Shown piece by piece: positions 59,891-64,000 of a DNA stretch of 64,000 bases (positions are counted from its first letter, which is position 1; each line of letters begins with the position of its first letter). The notes under the pieces are model-generated. The model did no database searches, was not told the origin of the DNA, and worked only from the letters and a program-made list of their open reading frames with translations. The position numbers and the translations under genes are program-made. The stretch spans positions 2,604,001 through 2,668,000 of the forward strand of contig NW_026782173.1 of the NCBI RefSeq assembly GCF_031769215.1, written 5' to 3'. This DNA is from Ylistrum balloti. Lineage: Eukaryota.

Positions 59891-62800
59891 GGGGATTTGG
59901 ATGACGATGATGAGGATATTGATGAACTTCTTGGTGAAGATTCACGGTAGGTTTTATCATTTTATCACATATTTAACCCTTTATTTTGAATACATATTAT
60001 AATTATAGGATAATCAGATACCTGACTCTTTCAGTCTTAGTTGGCAGTACATAGCATTTCTTTCTTGCCATTACCTCGTGTATGGGATCTAGCTTCCTTC
60101 TATATATAGTTTATCTCTTTGCAGTCAATCTCTCACTTCATATTATTTGACAAAGAAATTCACAATGAAAGATGGGTAATGCTTAAACACATATAAATAC
60201 AGGTTTTGAAGTGTGATTAGTTAGAATACAAACTTATTGAGTTGTCAACCAATCTGTTAGTTCCAGTGGTTTGATTCCATGGCAGCCTGTTGTGGTGAAG
60301 AATGCCAGACCTCCACATCCCTTGACTGTCACTCATGTTAATCAAACAATTGACTTGATGGTGAGCTGTTTTACACTCTTTACTAAAACATTTTTTTCAA
60401 AGAAAGATCTTCGACAGAAATAGATGTTCACTATATATTGTTTACAATGGAGAGTCACATATACTTACAGGTCTGAGTTTAAATGAGACAAGCTCTTACC
60501 AAACTGCTAAAAAATTAAAGTCAGCTAAAAAAATGGGTGGGTGGGGTCAAGTATTAAGTTATTGTACATATTGTTGCTAATTATCATATAGTTTCCACTG
60601 AATTCTGTTTGTTTTATAGGGCCTCAAAAATGCTGAGTCAGTTACTGCCTCTGAGCTTCAGACATCAGAGGAATGGCTGAAGTTTCACAGCCTTGAATAT
60701 CTACAACTCACACTCAAGGACCTGGTGGACAAAGGAAAAGTTGGGAAGTAAGGAATTCTTGTCTCAACATTCATGATAATGTTATGTAGTACCTAACACA
60801 TTGCAGTTAATCCTCTTAATTAGACCAATAATTCTGAGGAGAATTAAAAACACTCTCCCAACTCAATATGTTTACAATCGAGATGAATTGCACATAACAC
60901 AGCATTGTGGACAACACACAGTATATTCTCTTACACCATGCCATTGAGGATTCTTAAGAATTTTCAGCTTGAATGATCTCAACTAACAAATATATTTTAA
61001 AGGGTCCAAGCATTCAACATAACATAAAATCTTATGATAAATTCTGATATTTCTCAGTCTACCACACCACACAGAGGAGATTGATTGTTTGTCACTATTT
61101 CTTCCCTCTTATCAAAAACTGCAAATCATAATATAAACTCAATACATTGTGCTACTATCATCACTAAAGAAAGTGTGTAATAAAATTGATGATAAATTAT
61201 GGTATATGTTACACAACAATACCTTTTTTCCTGTCTAGTTAAATAAAGGTAGATCTATATACTTTCACATGTGATGATGAGCATGCTGTTTAGTATGTCG
61301 TCTGGTATCTCTGGTGGCTCCCAATCTGTTGCGTTATTTTTGTGAAATCTTCCAATTCAAATCAATATAATTTGGTATCTTAAAAATAAAACAAAACAAA
61401 AATCAAACAAACAAACAAATAAAAAAAACGAAAACAGAAAACTTTAACTTCACTTTTTCTTGTTTTAAATGGACAGTGTTTTAATGGAAATATATATTCT
61501 GCAGTTTACAGCCAGACCACAGGACTGGGAAGCCATCACAACATATACAGTTTGAGGCCTATGATGTCAATGAATTTGAGTATCGTCTTAACACGTGAGT
61601 ATACCTTACAATTTGGTCTTTTGCTTTATTGTCAAGGCAAAAAAATTATATTACCAAATTACATGTTTTCCACACAAATTTGACTTCTTATGATTGATTT
61701 CTGTCAATACTATTCTGTATGATATGTTTTATAGAGATAATCTGATAATTAGAAGAATATATTACTTTTCTTTTTCTTTTTTTTCTTTTTCAGGTCCATA
61801 GAGATGTACACAAAACGAATAAAGTGGCTCCTACAAGGAAGTAAAAGGGTAAGCAATGTAGGACTACATGTAGGAACATTATGTAGCAGATATGGCCATT
61901 GACAAATTTTCACTAGGTTATGTTTTGATGGCCTAATCACTTTGAGACTTCACATGTACTGGATATCAGCAAATACTCTTTTGGACCCAGAATTGTTGAT
62001 GTGTGGAACAGCCTGCCAGGTTTGGATGTACAAGTAACAACCATAAAAGACTTAAAAATTAATCTGAACAGCTATTGGAATTGCTTAGAACTAAAATTTA
62101 ACCATCTTACTAGCTTTAAATCTGGAAGTGACCATTAATTTTATTTCATGTATACTGAAAAAGCTTTAAATATCAAGATGATTTATGAAAAGAAATTTCT
62201 GCTGATGTGGTAATCTTTTCATTAAATTGACAATCGCCTGCTCTTAATTTGTAGGTGTTTGGTAACATTAGAGGAAAGCGTGTTGCAGTCTTGGTGGACA
62301 ACTCAGATGCCAATGCTGGATTCGGAAGATTGACAACTTTCCAGGAATCTATGATTGTAAGTGACTAAGTAAGAGGAAAGTCACTTGAATACTGACGAGT
62401 GATTTACTGCAGGGTGGATATTATTTGTGACAGTAACAATTGTTGTGATGTTATTGATCACTTTAAAGTATTTATTTGATATATACTATTATACCTTCAG
62501 AAATGTTAGTTGTTATATATGTCTCCAAAATCATCTGTCACTTTCTTAAATATTACTTTCAGAATTGTTACTTTTTATCTTCTTACCTGTTCTTTGTTAC
62601 TTGTTCTACTCATCCTTGTTATTTTATTACTTTCTTGTAACTATGTGATTTGTTACTCCTGTTATGTATTGTTATTTTCTAAATTTCTTACCTATCTTAT
62701 ACTGATATTACCTGATGTTTGGTTCTTTCTCAGCACATGTTGGATGAGCAGCTTTCCACAAGGACAGCGATTTACCTGATGTCATTTGGTACTGATATTG

Positions 62801-63885
62801 ATCCTCTTTGGCCAGTCTCACGTGATGTCAATTGTAGGATGTAAGTATCCCAAGATGCTAAACGCATGTAACATTAGTGTAACAACCCTGATCCAGAGGT
62901 CATATTATACCTCTAATAGTATGTTTGACTTAAATTAATCATATAAAAAAAGTCTACAATGTAGAAGGTCTGACAGACCCATGATGTCATAAATACAAGA
63001 CCTGATGTTTCGTAGAATTTGAAGTTTATAATAAGACATGAGGTAAAACAACAACTTTCAGCAGACCTGATATGTGTTGTCTTTGTTACTGACAGTATTG
63101 AGGAGGCCAAGGAATGGGTGATGAGAATGAAGGCATCAGGTGGCTGTAATCTACTGAAGGCCATGAAACATGTGATGAATATCCAGGATATTGACTCTGT
63201 TGTTATCATTCTCGGCAGTGTGTAAGTTTGAATCAATTTTATGTTAACAATAGAGAGAATGAGACTGTTGAGAAGTTAAAAATTAATTTATATTGTTGGA
63301 AGATTCAGATGAGTAAAGATTTTATTAAGTTTATCTTCAGTTTTAAAAAAAAATCCAGGGAGTTACTGTTAGCTATAATGTTGCAGGTTTAATATTGGCA
63401 AAATAAGTGGAGATGATTAAAAGGCGAGGGAATATAGCTGACTGTACCATCTGTACATCTGTATAGTTGTTGTGTAATCTTCTTCCAGTCTGATAAAAAG
63501 TCAGTATATACAACACTTCAGCAATGGTATATACATCTATGTAATATCTATGTGTACCTTACATAGCAAACTTTGTTGAAGTCTGAAAGATGTCATACAG
63601 TAATAGACAAATAAAATACATAGCCGACCACAACTTGAAGTAAATTTAATTCTTGTCCAACACTGTTATATACATAATGACACATCACCATGTCATTCTA
63701 TCTGTAAATCAGGTAAAAGTGTAGGAATATTGATACTACTACAGTCTAAGCAATGTACATGGTGTTTTTCCTTCAGACCAGACCAAAGTTCGGAGATATT
63801 GTGTGACTATATCCATCAGATGGGCGTTGGTGAGGAGAGACCTCTCCAGACAGTGGCCTATGACTGCAGTAACCATCTTACTAAT
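59282..63885 (+). CDS. VWA3A: von Willebrand factor A domain-containing protein 3A, 5' part (364 codons in 11 exons; continues beyond the window)
   Basis: Exons 59282-59340, 59782-59946, 60125-60175, 60261-60360, 60620-60747, 61505-61594, 61794-61848, 62255-62356, 62734-62840, 63096-63221, 63777-63885, all phase-consistent. THVNQT, SEEWLKFHSL..LQLTL.DL, IEMYTKRIKWL..SKRVFG.IRG.RV, GGCNLLKAMK, PDQSSEILCDYI match human VWA3A better than VWA3B (recall). Confidence 0.88.
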
Positions 63886-64000
63886 GTAAGTACTACATAG
63901 CCATATATGGACATGGAAATTATTGTATTTAAAATATCTCTTTCTTTAAATTTTGGTATTATTACCAAGATGTATACTCTTCAGCTGAAGGAATGAAATA

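Noticed and set aside
63985-64000. Putative next VWA3A exon after tcttcag
   Set aside because: In the required phase 0 it reads L-K-E-stop in mid-domain; the true next exon probably lies beyond the window.

Overview
Eukaryotic, AT-rich, intron-containing genomic DNA, most likely a bivalve mollusc of the scallop group (inferred from an opsin that closely matches scallop SCOP2 as I recall it). The left 40 kb is mostly repeats: a 43-bp minisatellite (1-3581), a ~3.5-kb inverted duplication (arms ~11.3-14.8 kb and ~23.0-26.9 kb) around a spacer holding a LINE interrupted by an L2 LINE and a Harbinger-type MITE, plus other LINE relics and minisatellites. The right 22 kb holds four genes reconstructed by hand with phase-consistent GT-AG splicing: a 5-coding-exon Go-coupled opsin (41717-49431, +), an unnamed two-TM protein ending in a KKxx ER-retrieval motif (51538-51993, -), a divergent Sar1 GTPase head-to-head with it (53244-55706, +), and the 5' part of VWA3A (59282 onward, +). 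Two Penelope 3'-end relics carry complementary halves of a minimal hammerhead ribozyme. The most interesting hypothesis (inference only) is a dedicated ER-export module (Sar1 paralog plus KKxx/DxE membrane protein on a shared promoter) next to a ciliary-type opsin. No database searches were run; family comparisons are from recall.
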